NCBI RefSeq assembly: GCF_001194135.2
Contig: NC_068992.1
Span: 269,357 to 333,356, forward strand
Direction of reading: 5' to 3'
DNA length: 64,000 nucleotides
DNA from: Octopus bimaculoides
Taxonomy: Eukaryota
Below the pieces are notes generated by a model, which was given only the letters and a program-made list of their open reading frames with translations, had not been told where the DNA came from and did not search any database. The translations under genes and the position numbers were made by a program. This document shows positions 36,761 to 49,484 of this stretch, piece after piece (position 1 is the stretch's first letter; each line of letters starts with the position of its first letter).

Positions 36761-37440
36761 CGCATGTGTAGGTTATGTCATGTTTCTGTTGAAGACATCA
36801 CACATGTGATCAGCAGCTGTCCTAAAATGTCACGGTACTACCTCTCTGTGCAGTACGATGTCGCTAAAACAATTTACAATGCCATCCGAAAAACATGATT
36901 GTTCTGAAATAAACTTAGAAAATCCCTCTGTTATGGAATACATTTATAAACACCAACTCAAGGAATACTGGTGGAATATTCCCATCAAAACTTCTGTCAA
37001 ATGTAAACATAATAATCCGGATATTGTCGTTTGGGACAGAGGGGCAAAGGTATGTACTATCATAGAGGTCAGCTGCCTTGTAGACATAAATATCTCTTTG
37101 GAAATCAAAGACAAAGAGAATATCAGTGGACAACTACTTCGAAAGCTTCAGCTTCTATATCCAAACAATGAATTCATATTCATACCAATAATAATTGGAG
37201 CACTAGGTTTTGATAGTAAATGCTTAAAGGAGACTCTGGATAAACTGGGATTTTCAGAAAGAGAAATTGACTTTCTGATTCGTACATTACAAGTTCAATT
37301 TGTGAGTGGAACAGTAAAAATATGCAAGACTTTTCTCAAGTTCCAAATGTGAATTTGTGTTAAGTATATCCCAAAGATGGAGCCTTGTATCTTTGTTGGA
37401 AACCGGATCCCTCTTCAGTGGAAGATTTATAATAATTGAA
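36761..37440 (+). mobile_element. RLE-type non-LTR retrotransposon 3' end
   Basis: CRLCHVSVEDITHVISSC zinc knuckle, then after a frameshift KHNNPDIVVWD...IIEVSC (PD-D/ExK nuclease) and FIPIIIGALG. Confidence 0.9.
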
Positions 37441-38347
37441 AAATAGAAGAGACGTACATACAACAGTTTTTCATATTTTAANNNNNNNNNNNNNNNNNNN
37501 NNNNNNNNNNNNNNNNNNNNNNNNNNNNNNNNNNNNNNNNNNNNNNNNNNNNNNNNNNNNNNNNNNNNNNNNNNNNNNNNNNNNNNNNNNNNNNNNNNNN
37601 NNNNNNNNNNNNNNNNNNNNNNNNNNNNNNNNNNNNNNNNNNNNNNNNNNNNNNNNNNNNNNNNNNNNNNNNNNNNNNNNNNNNNNNNNNNNNNNNNNNN
37701 NNNNNNNNNNNNNNNNNNNNNNNNNNNNNNNNNNNNNNNNNNNNNNNNNNNNNNNNNNNNNNNNNNNNNNNNNNNNNNNNNNNNNNNNNNNNNNNNNNNN
37801 NNNNNNNNNNNNNNNNNNNNNNNNNNNNNNNNNNNNNNNNNNNNNNNNNNNNNNNNNNNNNNNNNNNNNNNNNNNNNNNNNNNNNNNNNNNNNNNNNNNN
37901 NNNNNNNNNNNNNNNNNNNNNNNNNNNNNNNNNNNNNNNNNNNNNNNNNNNNNNNNNNNNNNNNNNNNNNNNNNNNNNNNNNNNNNNNNNNNNNNNNNNN
38001 NNNNNNNNNNNNNNNNNNNNNNNNNNNNNNNNNNNNNNNNNNNNNNNNNNNNNNNNNNNNNNNNNNNNNNNNNNNNNNNCGTAATTCGCAAAAATACTCT
38101 GAAAATCATAAGAGATAAAGAAGTTATGAAGGGTAAAATGGGATGCTTAAACCAGAATTCCGCCACATTACCAATGTAACCTTCTCTTAAAACAAAACGA
38201 AAGAAAAACTTATCGCTGAATTTTTAGCTTGTTTTTAATTTCATTTCTAGTGGAGAGGATATGTTGTTGTTCGTCTGAAGTCCTACATCTATCATACTGG
38301 TCGATATAATTTATACTCCCAACAACAACAAGTTGTCTGCATTAAAA

Positions 38348-38522
38348 ATGGCTGTTTTAAGTGTTTACATTATTAACAAGGCTGGCGGACTTATTTATCA
38401 ATTTGATCAAAATTCAAACAGACCCGAAATAGAAAAAACGTTTGGTTATCCTTTAGATATCATTCTGAAAGTTCACGATGATAAAGTAGTTGTTTCTTTT
38501 GGAGAACGAGACGGCGTTAAAG
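38348..38522 (+). CDS. TRAPPC4: TRAPPC4 (synbindin/Trs23) exon 1
   Basis: [20 protein letters not shown]...[30 protein letters not shown]; donor G|GTTTGT; 175 nt. Confidence 0.97.
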
Positions 38523-39524
38523 GTTTGTAGGACTCTTTCTTTCTCTCTTTCTCTAACCCAAACCTTGTGAAGTGGGTGTCTTCTATCTCTTTTAATCTTC
38601 ATTCATATTTATTGATATTCCAACCGTCGAAACTTAAATTTTAATTCAGACTAAACCGTACACACATTCTCTCTGTCTTTTTTTTATATTTATTTTCTCC
38701 AGTTGCTCCTAAAATGTACCTGAAATTACAAACGGGAGCGAAAATACTCTCTTTATATACTTAATTGTCCGAAACTTTGAAGTCATTGCCAAGAATATTC
38801 TTGTGGAGGAATAATATAATATATATAATCGAGTAATCTGAGTTTTTTCAACTCCGTCGGTATTCAGTGTTATACCTTTTCGTTTTTATTTCTGATATAA
38901 AGCAGAGACTTCGGATAGCAATATAGTAGCTTTGAAGATACATACATACATACATATATTTATATATATAAAACAATCTGTTATAATATTATGGATAAAA
39001 GCTACGGTTACTTTTAAAGTTCGCTTCTTCCCTGAGAAATATTTCCATTGTTATTTTAAGGATGGATCCGAGAGTAGTTTCTGGTCGAATTTGTGAAAAT
39101 GATAATAATCTTCGAATTTGCTCCGAATAAAATGTTGTGACAAGAAACAATTGCCAAGAATCAAATTGTTTTATTTGAGCGACTTGCAGAAGGTGCTGCA
39201 CCTTAATAAATACTGAAAACCACGAAGAGAAAATGTTTGTGATAAAGTCATTTTATGCTCTGAATCGAAACCACAATTCTACCGTCTCACTGCGAAACTT
39301 AGGTGCATTATATTCAAAATATGTTCTTAACATTTGGAGCTCGAGTTTCAAATGACTCAACTCAAAGATCCCAGTTTCTGCCCAGAAGAAGATGATGATG
39401 ATGTTGGTAGTGATAAAACCTCATCAGATCCTGTCAAACTATTCAACCCATACAAGCATGAAACACAGATGTTAAATGATGATGATGATGATGATATATA
39501 TATATATATATATATATAAATATA

Positions 39525-39915
39525 CAGGGATTAGCAATTGAGTTGCTTCTCCAACATACTGAAAATTTAGAAATAGCAGTCAAAGAACTACTGATTCCAA
39601 ACTACAAATTTTCTCTAAAGTGGATGGCGATATTTATGGCACACATAGAACAAAAAACCGGAGGGAAAAGCGTAAACAAGCCAAGCCTTTAGTTAATTGG
39701 ATACGAATCGTTTCATGGTTAAGTGAATGGAAATTTCACTATTCCAATCTTCAGCCTCAATATTCTGATAAATTTGAAAGTGTCTCTAAAAAAATTCACG
39801 GTAATCTTTGGCCATGCGACTTTAGAGAAAATTTGTAGTTTGGAATCAGTAGTTCTTTGACTGCTATTTCTAAATTTTCAGTATGTTGGAGAAGCAACTC
39901 AATTGCTAATCCCTG
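39525..39915. mobile_element. Tc1/mariner-type MITE with perfect long TIRs in TRAPPC4 intron 1
   Basis: TA|CAGGG...CCCTG|TA; 39515-39621 is the exact reverse complement of 39819-39925. Confidence 0.92.
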
Positions 39916-40030
39916 TATATTTATAATGATAAATAGTCTTACCGATAAAGGTTTTTTTCATACTGAACTACTTGGCAGAATTGTTAATTATTAATTCTAT
40001 TATTAATTGACGATTCTCTGCCCTTATTCT

Positions 40031-40076
<46 letters not shown>

Positions 40077-41219
40077 CACAAGTAAACTTTAGGTTCACTG
40101 TCCCATTGATGATTATTGCAGTGGTGTACTAATGATGTGCGGATGGTAGCAGTCCATCATTGATCCAGTTACTGAAGAAGAGATCATAGTTCTGCCACTT
40201 CAGTTTCTTTATTGCTCAACAATGATTTGGAAAATACTGGGAAATTCAGTATTTTAAAACACCAGTGGATGAAATTGTTGTTGTTGTCTCCAGTTCAGGT
40301 GCCTTATGGTAGGCTTTGGTTGAAAGCTGACAGTTGGCCATTTATAATAAATGTTGATATGCTCTTACTCGTGCTTCAAATACTGAGGTTAAGAATTTGG
40401 TATTGTAAAAGTAGAACCAATTTGATGCAAATAAATTTTAACAGATAAAATTAATGTTTATGTATTGAAAATTTAGAAAATTTATTTATTGCATATATAA
40501 CACATATGTATATGAAATCGTGTTTGGTCACTTCAAACGGACTTTTGTGGCCATGGTGGTGGAAAATTTTAGTAGTAATAAGCTGGCAGACTTTGGCCGA
40601 TGAGAAACAAGCACTTATTTGGTGCTAATTTCGAAACCAGGTTCCAAGTTGACCAGTATTGCTTGTGCCGACCTAGCAGAGGTAAGACATTTTTAATGTT
40701 CATTGGAATTCTTTCCTACCATGCCTGTATTAAATTTATGACTATTCAGTGGTACAGAAGTATTTTTGACTTCTATTTTTAGCCATGTAGGTGCTCATGT
40801 GGTGCCTTCGTGTATATATATATATATAAGTGTATCCTGTATGCATATATTTTATTAATTTGCCTGTGCTTGCCACATGTAATGGTATTTTAATAATAAC
40901 ATCCCTTCTTATATTTATGTATATGATACATATATAATCCAAAACCACATTGGAATATAAACATTGGAATGACCAGAATAATTAGGAAAGTATTAGATAG
41001 CTGAAAAGAATAGATAGCATGGTACTGTAGGATGCAGGTAGCAAGGCCGCTATGCATGCAAGACTCCAGGAGCTCCAGCAAAACCTGTGATAAAGAGAAA
41101 TAATGATGATGATAAGACACACACATAGAAAAGAAGAATGTCTACCTTATATTTTTGACTTATTGTTTTATTGTTCATAAAATGGCTATTTGTACAATTC
41201 AATTTTTCTCTTTGTTCAG

Positions 41220-41394
41220 TTGGACATACTGTACTTAGTATTAATGGAATTACCGCTGAAGGTCGATACCTCAAGGATGGCCGTGACATTCTGGAACTTT
41301 TGGCCTGTGAAGAAAATTACCCAATCAACATAAAATTTGGTCGGCCAAAATTAACAACAAATGAAAGAATTATGCTTGCCAGTATGTTTCACTC
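41220..41394 (+). CDS. TRAPPC4: TRAPPC4 exon 2
   Basis: TTTGTTCAG|; [26 protein letters not shown]...[20 protein letters not shown]; |GTAAGT. Confidence 0.97.
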
Positions 41395-41744
41395 GTAAGT
41401 TGAACTTCTTCGTCCTCCACATAGTTTTATTCCATTTGTAGTTATTGATTCACGATCCAATGTTTGCTGCAGTGTTTTTGAAGTTGATGAAATGTAAATT
41501 TTCCTCTGGATCACAGATTTACCTGTCACTGATGGACAAAATCACTGTGTAACAAAATTAAAAAAGTTTTTTTTTGTCTTTGGTCAGTAAGTGTTATTTC
41601 CTGTTTGCTTCTTCTGTCTAGAAATAAAAAGAAATGACTTCTATTCCCTTCACACTTTGCTTTTGTCACCTGGGCATCAATGTTAAAACTAAGCGATTTT
41701 CCATTACATTTCAGACAGTACTCAGTTGCTGAAGCAGAAATATT

Positions 41745-42190
41745 CTTTTCTACGCTTGGCACAAGGCCCAAAATTTTGGGGGAGGCAGCCAGTCAATTAG
41801 ATCAACCCCAGTACGAAACTGGTATTTAATTTATCACCCCCCCCCACCAGTAAAGATGAAAGGTGAAGCCAACCTCGGTGGAATTTGAACTCAGAACGTA
41901 AAGACAGGTGAAATTCCGCTAACCATTTTGCCCAGCGTCCTAACATTTCTTTCCACCTTAACTAATAGATATATTCTTTTCTACTCTAGGCACAAGGCCC
42001 AAAATTTTGAGGGAGGGGGCTAGTAGATTAGATCAATCTCAGTATGCAACTGGTACTTAATTTATCAACCCCGAAAAGATGAAAGGCAAAGTCGACCTCG
42101 GTGGAATTTGAACTCAGTGGAATTTGACAGGCAAAATTCCTCTAAGCATTTCGCCCAGCATGCTAATGTTTCTGCCAGCTCGTTGCCTTG
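41745..42190 (-). mobile_element. Two tandem SINE family A copies (41745-41950, 41978-42190); another at 42980-43135
   Basis: Repeated GGCACAAGGCCC..AAATTTTG...GATGAAAGG...GAATTTGAACTCAG. Confidence 0.88.
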
Positions 42191-42540
42191 GTAAATCAGA
42201 AATATTGTTAGAGCAGATATTCTACTCAATACCACATTTGTTTGTCAGTCGCTTGACTTTAAACCAGTTGAGCATGCCCCTTAGTGGCTGACAATATGTG
42301 CATCTATGTCATTTTATGTCTACCCAACACATTTCAGCACAGAAACTGGACATTAAATGAGGATGTATATTATCTTTCATTATTCAGCATCTGTCATCAA
42401 CTCTACTCAAGAAGACCTCTATCATAAAATGAGGTTCTTGACAGGGAAACTCTTATGTTCACATTAGATTTCTAAAGTAAAAAGGTTGAGCAGCCATTTT
42501 AAAACTTCATTGTTTAATCAATTTTGTCATTTCTCTGTAG

Positions 42541-42644
42541 ATTATACACCATCAGCTGCCAACTTTCTCCTGAGCCACGTTCTTCTGGAATCGACCTGAT
42601 AGAGACAGATACATTCAAATTACATTGTTTTCAAAGTATGACAG
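42541..42644 (+). CDS. TRAPPC4: TRAPPC4 exon 3
   Basis: TTCTCTGTAG|; [34 protein letters not shown]; G|GTAAGG. Confidence 0.97.
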
Positions 42645-44218
42645 GTAAGGCAAAAACTGATTGACTTGTTCAAGGTTTACTTTCTGCATTTTTGTCAAAG
42701 AGCCAACAGTTCCTATTAATTTAAATGTTCAAGACTATTGGTCTTAGTTTTACATATTCTTCTGTTAAAGACTAGTTTTCAGTTGATCCAGTCATTTAAA
42801 ATTTTTAAATTGCTTTGTGCCTAAACACACACGTATTCCTCTAGATTGGATTTGAACCCAGAAGCTCCAGTTTTGTTTTGGTGGAAAATGTATAAAGCTA
42901 AGACAACTATAAATGATTGGAGATTAGACAGACCGAAACAAGAGTGTAAAGAAATATATTTTATAGGAAGTCAATAGAATCTTTTCTATTCTAGGCACAA
43001 GGCCTGAAATTTTGGGGGAGGGGGTTAGTTGATTAGACCAAGTCCAGTATGCAACTGGTACTTAATTTATCGACCCCGAAAGGATGAAAGGCAAAGTTGA
43101 CCTCGGCGGAATTTGAACTCAGAACATAAAGATGGAAGTCAATAGAATAGAAAATCTCAAATTTTTTTTTTAGTTACTTCATCTCAAATATTTAGAGATA
43201 CATCAATTAGTGGTTTCTTAATCCATTACTAGCACAGGCTCTCAGAAATTCTGGGTTGGTGTCTTTTGCACTAGAAGACTACTGGGGGTGAGGTACCCTT
43301 AGCTTTTATTAAAGCATGTCTCTAGAATCTGCTTCAAACTCAGGCTACGTCTGCTCTGATAACTGTCAGTGACTTGATCAGTGAATCCTCTGTGATGGAC
43401 AACAATTGGACAGCAAGATGAGCTGCAACAGATTGCACTATCCCAGAGTGTGTGTGCATGTGACTGGGGACCACATGTGAACTTGTATTCTCATTGAAAC
43501 TCCAAAAATGAACTCTGTACTTCAACAGCAAATGGCACAGAGCTTCGGATGTGGTCAGCGTCCTTGAGAGACATGGTGAACTCATTGGGCAGAGCTGGCT
43601 CAACCCACCCAGGGTGAATGCTGTTGTAAGCATAAATAGTAAGTACTCCATTACTAGTGCAGGTCATCAGTGATGCTGACGCCTATCAGTTATAGCAATG
43701 TTAAGAGTTCAAGTTGCATGCCGTCTCTGGCGGCGGCGGCGGCAGCATTTGCCGTTGACAACGACAATGACTACCACCATTGTATGTCTGTTATTTAAGG
43801 AGAGATGGGCATGACTCTATGGGAAGATATTTCTGAGGTTTCTGTTCATAGAGTCAGTGTAGCTTTAGTGTGAGGTACATCAGTTGAATGTGGATGATGC
43901 CTGCATGCAGGATGCTAGGGAGGAGCGAAGGTTAGTATCATTTGTTTAGGGGTCGGGGGTTGTTTTGGCAAGTTACGACAAGTCAGTCATTAATGTATAG
44001 AAGGAAGAGTGTCGAAGACAAAACAAACAATGTGATATGACAAAGTGTTGGGCAGCAAGTACTTCATCCACAATAGCATGGTCTAACAGGAAGAGAGACA
44101 GATGGAACTCACAGGCAGGCATCCACCATTGTCATCATCATCATCTCTACAAGAGATTGATGATGACTGAGAAGAGAACTATAGTTATAATTGTTGAATG
44201 TATTTTTTGTCATTTCAG

Positions 44219-44345
44219 GCCTCAAGTTTCTAGCACTCACAGATCTGCGACAAATTGGTGTGGAACAGCTTCTTAGGAAAATGTATGAAGTTTACTCTGA
44301 CTACGCATTAAAGAATCCATTTTACTCGTTGGACATGCCCATCAG
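44219..44345 (+). CDS. TRAPPC4: TRAPPC4 exon 4
   Basis: CATTTCAG|; [42 protein letters not shown]; AG|GTGAGG. Confidence 0.97.
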
Positions 44346-44635
44346 GTGAGGGAGATGTTTTTCTTAACGCAATGGAGATGTTTTCCAGTGTTTGGTTGTT
44401 TAGTATATTCTATGAAGATGTCTCTTCTTTATTACCAAGTCTTATCTTTCTCACTTTGGGAAGATGAAAGACGAAGTTGACTCTACTGTTACAAAGAGCA
44501 TAGAAAGAAGTGGTATCACATTACTTGCAACTCTTCCACAACTTTCTGTGGGGAAAGGTTCTCATTAACATGAGTTCATTTAGAAAATTACTATTTTTAA
44601 ATCTCACAACGTGAGATACTCAGCAACAGTACTTT

Positions 44636-44978
44636 GTTGTAAAGATTATTTGCCAACATAACATGGCAGTCCTGGTTTAGGATGAATGTTGCTGTAATTT
44701 AGCCCCAGGAGACATAGTCTCCAGCTGGCTGTACGACACGACCTGTGTCCTTATATTTTCAAACAAGGGAATCTAGCTGATGAAGGGAGATAATCCAGAA
44801 ATCGTGATACACCGATATTGTTTTGAGCTGAGGTATTAGATACCCTTGTTCAAAAATATAAGGACACGGATCGTGTTGTATAACCAGCTAGAGATGATGT
44901 CTCCTGGGGCTACATTACAGCAACATTAGTCCTAAACGAGGACTGTCATGTTATGTTGGCAAGCAATCTTTACTACAA
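44636..44978. repeat. Fold-back element: ~140-bp inverted arms (~80% identical by eye) around a ~60-nt loop, TRAPPC4 intron 4
   Basis: Left arm 44636-44776 versus right arm 44836-44978, aligned by eye; partial relative at ~47490-47570. Confidence 0.88.
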
Positions 44979-45469
44979 TGAGTTCGTTTGTGGTATACAT
45001 CTGTTAACGACAGAACTACTTTCTATAAAAGTTATCTGTGGTTCTGACTAGATTCTGCCAATAACAAATCCCAGATTCCTCATCCAACCACCACCATCAT
45101 CAACATTTCGTGTCTATGTTTTTATACTGGTTGGATGGGTTCTGGTCTGAGTCAGATCTTACCTGTAGTTTCTGCCCTCCTGCATAGAACATCAGTAGAA
45201 TTCTTTTCAATACTTGGAAGGCTCCAGAGACGTAGTTGATTGCTTTTGCAACCAGAGCAATCTAATCAGCCACGGAGAAGGGTGCTCTGAAAGCATAGTA
45301 TCCAGGATAGGAACAAGATGGGGAAAAGTCCAGGGATCTCTATTACATCTGCTGATGACAAGGGATTTCTTTCTTTGAGTGAAGGGTAGATCGTAAATTG
45401 CATGTGTGTGAACTTTAATGTTGTATGGTAGTGATATCTGGATATTGAATATGAATTCAGTGGCTGTGT

Positions 45470-45800
45470 GTGCCAAGGCTGGCGAGAGATGAAGTGTGAT
45501 GTGGCACAAATATACTGAAAGAAAAACTGGGCATAAGAGGAATCAGATGCTATGTGGAAGAGAGATGACTATTGTTGCACACAAGTAATGTGTATGGATA
45601 ATAAGAGATGGATAGAGAAATGCCAAAAGATCCAAGTGAAAGGAATTGAAAGAAGACAAGCATGGAAGTAGATCTTATGATGTTGAACTTCGTATGGAAA
45701 ATGACAAAAGACAGCAACACTTGGTGACATGTCGTACAGTAAAGGATCCATCTAACTCAATCAACCATGGAAAACCAGACGTAGAAATGAAGGTGATGTT
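45470..45800 (+). mobile_element. RTE-clade LINE 3' end (decayed)
   Basis: LKEKLGIRGIRCYVEER...IEKCQKIQVKG; tail CCATGGAAAACCAGACGTAGAAATGAAGGTGATG resembles the family B tail. Confidence 0.75.
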
Positions 45801-46752
45801 GATAGATATACAATTAAGATGTTTTAGTTGTTTGAAAATATATTCAATTTGAGAGTTGTAATCTAAACATTGGTTACCAAGTATTTCTCGAATCATTAAA
45901 TTGTTTTTGCCATGTCTACTTGATGAGTATTTCTGTGGCACAGAGATATCAATTGAATATACCAATGTGAGAAACCATTATTAATTGGTGCTCTAGCATG
46001 GCCTCAGCCTTTGAGCTGAAATGTAAACAAAAATAAAAGTGTAATTGATCACCAAACGAAACGTTTCCAATGCTTAGTTGCCTCCCTTTAAATATAAATC
46101 TCAAATTTTATTAGAATTGACGACATCGCTTTTCAATTCCTTGGGATTGATGCAGAACTGTATCGGTAATATTTTGATAGTTTCACTGACTATAATCCTC
46201 CCATATAAACTGATGGTCTATGCTGATGCAAGACATTTTATCACCCTTCTGTAACACGATGTTTTGTCTTTGGGTAGCAACTGTTATCTCTTGCTTACCC
46301 CTAAAAACTATGAAAAAACAGGTTTCCTTCAAACTTTGCTTTTGTTACATTTATTCAAACCCCCCAAAGAATCCCTCTCAACACACCGCCTATGATGCTC
46401 CCCAACTGCTCATGATCAAAGCAGTTGGGGAGCAACTGCTAAGAGACATGCTCTCAAGTGGTTAAAGTCAAGCAAATCTGTGGTATTGAGCAGAATATTT
46501 GCTGTAACGATATTTCTGCTTCAGCAATTCAGTACTGAGCCTGTTTGAAGTGTAATGGAAAATAGGTCAGTTTCAAAATATTGATATCTGGTCATAAAAG
46601 CGAAATTTAAAGGGAACAGTAGTTGTTTCCTCTGACTGCTTACACTTAATGACCAAAGCCCCGCCCCCAAAAATTAAAATTTTGTTAGTGTTATGAAGAT
46701 AGTTACTTTGTATGAACATTTGTCTCAATCTATGTATTTGTATTTATTTTAG

Positions 46753-46822
46753 GTGTAATCTTTTTGAAACAAATCTTCAGGCTTGTATTGAGCAATCAGA
46801 ACGTGCAGGAATGGGAATGTAA
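46753..46822 (+). CDS. TRAPPC4: TRAPPC4 exon 5 (terminal)
   Basis: TATTTTAG|; RCNLFETNLQACIEQSERAGMGM*; total CDS 651 nt = 216 aa. Confidence 0.95.
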
Positions 46823-47068
46823 GGACATGTATTTCAGACTGTTAGAAACGGAAATCTCCGATGAAACCAGTTACTGTCAACAGTCATTATTTCTTTCTTT
46901 TTTTTTTTTTTGCTATTCTTGAATGACTGATTATTTTTTGACACTAGAATGGCCTGACCAACTGGCATGGTACTCCAACCAGCACGATGGAAGACAATTT
47001 GACAAAATATCACCCAGAAGACTTACGGCCTCTTAAACATTCCCAGAGAAGACGATGTAAATAACCCA

Positions 47069-47074
47069 AATAAA
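47069..47074 (+). terminator. Candidate TRAPPC4 polyadenylation signal AATAAA
   Basis: First AATAAA ~250 nt after the stop, followed by a GT/T-rich tract. Confidence 0.5.
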
Positions 47075-47979
47075 ATATGTTGTTGTTGTATTTAATGCAG
47101 TCATAATGGCTTCAAGCATGAATTTGTTTTTTATTGTTTTACTTTTCTGATTTCAGATTTTGTCTTTCATCAGTTTAACAATAATTGTAATCAACAGAAT
47201 GAACTTTAATCTATTCTTGATACTTATTTAAGAAGCTGAACTTCTAATGGCCTTGTTTATCACAGTATTTATGTTATTGACACGGAAAGATAGAAAATTA
47301 AATTGACTTTTGTTGGGTTTGCCACCACAAATGAAGTCTCTGTAACAATTGACTTTTTAGCACACGGAAACACTGCTAATCTCTTGTGATTATACATATA
47401 TATATATACATACATATACATATATACATACATATATAATGTGAAATATATATGCCACTTAAATGCGGCTGACCCCTAAGGGTGGATGTTACTGTTGCTT
47501 TTAGCCCCAGGAGAACATCTCCTCCAGCTGTCTATTGACACACATCTGTGTCCTGTCTGTATTTGCAAAGGGAAGTCATCCTTCCCATCTTGATCTGTGA
47601 TACGCACGGACTCGAGTATGACAATCACCTCAACTTTACAGTAACATCTTTTGGTAACTCAAGTAATTTTTATAGGGCTGTACCAGCCAAATGAACTGAT
47701 GTCTTTCCAGAAACTTACTAAGCTTCTTATATTTACCCTAGAGTGAATGAACAACAATTTATCAGCATTTAAACACAGAATCTAAAGAACAAACTGTTCC
47801 TAATCTCACATTCTTCAATTACTTGCTTACTGTATTGCTCTTGTGGTTTACTAAATTAACACCATGAATGCTGTCAGATGATGAAAATAACATTGGTTCG
47901 TCGTATAACCGGAGGTAATGGTGTTCACCAGTGAAGATTTAAACATAAACTCATTGGTCTCTGTTTTAAATTAGTTTTA

Positions 47980-48101
47980 TTAATTAATTGATTCTCCATT
48001 TAAATAATATTTTCTAGTTACTTCAGAAACACTTATATCATAAATATTTGGTATGGAATTCTCTACAATATTTTCTTCACTTTTGCACAAGGCATATTTG
48101 T
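47980..48101 (-). CDS. PIGP: PIGP coding exon 4 (terminal)
   Basis: CTTTTGCAG|; DKYALCK...SIPNIYDISVSEVTRKYYL (human DNYAK...IPALRDISISEVNQMFF). Confidence 0.93.
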
Positions 48102-48224
48102 CTGCAAAAGAAAACAAGAAAAGGAAAATAAAGCAGGCTTCCAATTTTAATACCATTTTCTGCAATAAAACATTCTGTTTATATATATATATATCGAAAT
48201 AGAAACAGTTAAATGCCAATATAT

Positions 48225-48675
48225 GTGTATTAGCACTCGTGCCAGTGAAACGTTAAACTCACATCCGAGTGTGATCGTTGCCAGGGCTACGGATTGGCTC
48301 CCGTGCTGGTGACGCGTAAAAAGCACCATTCGAGCATGATTGTTGCCAGCGTCGCCTTACCAGCACATGTGCCGGCGGCACGTGAAAACCAACATTTTAG
48401 CGTGGTCGTTGCCAGTGCTGCCGGACTGGCTCCCATGCAGGTAGCATGTAAAAATACCTTTTGAGCATGGTCGTTGCCAGAACCGCCTGACTGGCCCTTG
48501 TGCTGGTGGCATGTAAAAAGTACCCACTACACTCTCTGAGTGGTTGGCATTTGGAAGGGCATCCAGCTGTAGAAACTTTGCCAGATCAGATTGGAGACTG
48601 GTGCAGCCTTCTGGTTCACCAGTCAAATCGTCCAACCCATGCTAGCATGGAAAGCAGATGTTAGACGATGATGAT
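48225..48675 (+). mobile_element. SINE family B with ~58-bp internal subrepeats, in a PIGP intron
   Basis: Repeated GTCGTTGCCAG...GTAAAAAGCACC units, then GGAAGGGCATCCAGCTGTAG and a (GAT)n tail. Confidence 0.85.
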
Positions 48676-48795
48676 CTGGGCTTTGATCAGTGTACAACAC
48701 CAATGACAACATACAAACTACAGAAACTTTCACCCTAGAGACAAACTTGACAACAAGATTTGATTAATTCTTTGTATTAATAAAGTATTTCTTAC

Positions 48796-48914
48796 CTGTG
48801 ATGGTATTGAGGGAGTCTAAGTTTTCAGTGCTTATGAAAACAATGGCAAAATATGCTAAATAGCCAAGAAGAACGATCATTATGATATAGGCAGGAATTG
48901 CAACAGCCCAATAC
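48796..48914 (-). CDS. PIGP: PIGP coding exon 3
   Basis: TTCTTTCAAG|; KYWAVAIPAYIIMIVLLGYLAYFAIVFISTENLDSLNTIT; G|GTAAGA; 119 nt. Confidence 0.96.
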
Positions 48915-49149
48915 CTTGAAAGAAGAAAAATAAAAAATAGATCATGAAACAGTAATACATAAGATTTATTTCCATCAATAAAAGACAAAATCCTGTTTAG
49001 TTTTGAGGAGAAAATATTGATTGCTTCTTCTTTAATATTATTGTTGCTGTTACTATTCAAGTAATGAATTATATGGGTCTGAGGTATCAAGGAGTACAAC
49101 AATTCAGTCACAGTTACTGAACTGGTCTGTCTTGAACAATATGACTGTT

Positions 49150-49445
49150 ATGACGACAAGGGTTCCAATTGATTCAATCAATGGAACAGCTTACTCATGG
49201 AATTAATGTGCAAGTGGCCGAGCACTTCACAGGCAGACGGACACTCGACATATTTCTAAGGGAGATTCAACATGGCACACAGAATGTGACAAGGCTGGCC
49301 CCTTTGAAATACAGGTTCTGCTCATTTCCACCAGTTGAGTGTGAAATACAGTGTCTTGCTCAAGATCATTAACACTCACTGGGAATTGAACTCACAACCT
49401 TAGGATTGTGAACCAAACACCCCAACCACTAACCCACGTGCCTCC
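49150..49445 (-). mobile_element. SINE family E
   Basis: Homologous to 7622-7972. Confidence 0.8.
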
Positions 49446-49450
49446 ACTGG

Positions 49451-49484
<34 letters not shown>

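Noticed and set aside
43800-43920. Penelope RT fragment (LYEQKPQKYLPIESC) on minus
   Set aside because: One weak motif only.
47141-47180. Minus-strand CTGATGA...GAAA hammerhead-like motif
   Set aside because: No stem I complement after the GUA; likely chance in AT-rich DNA.
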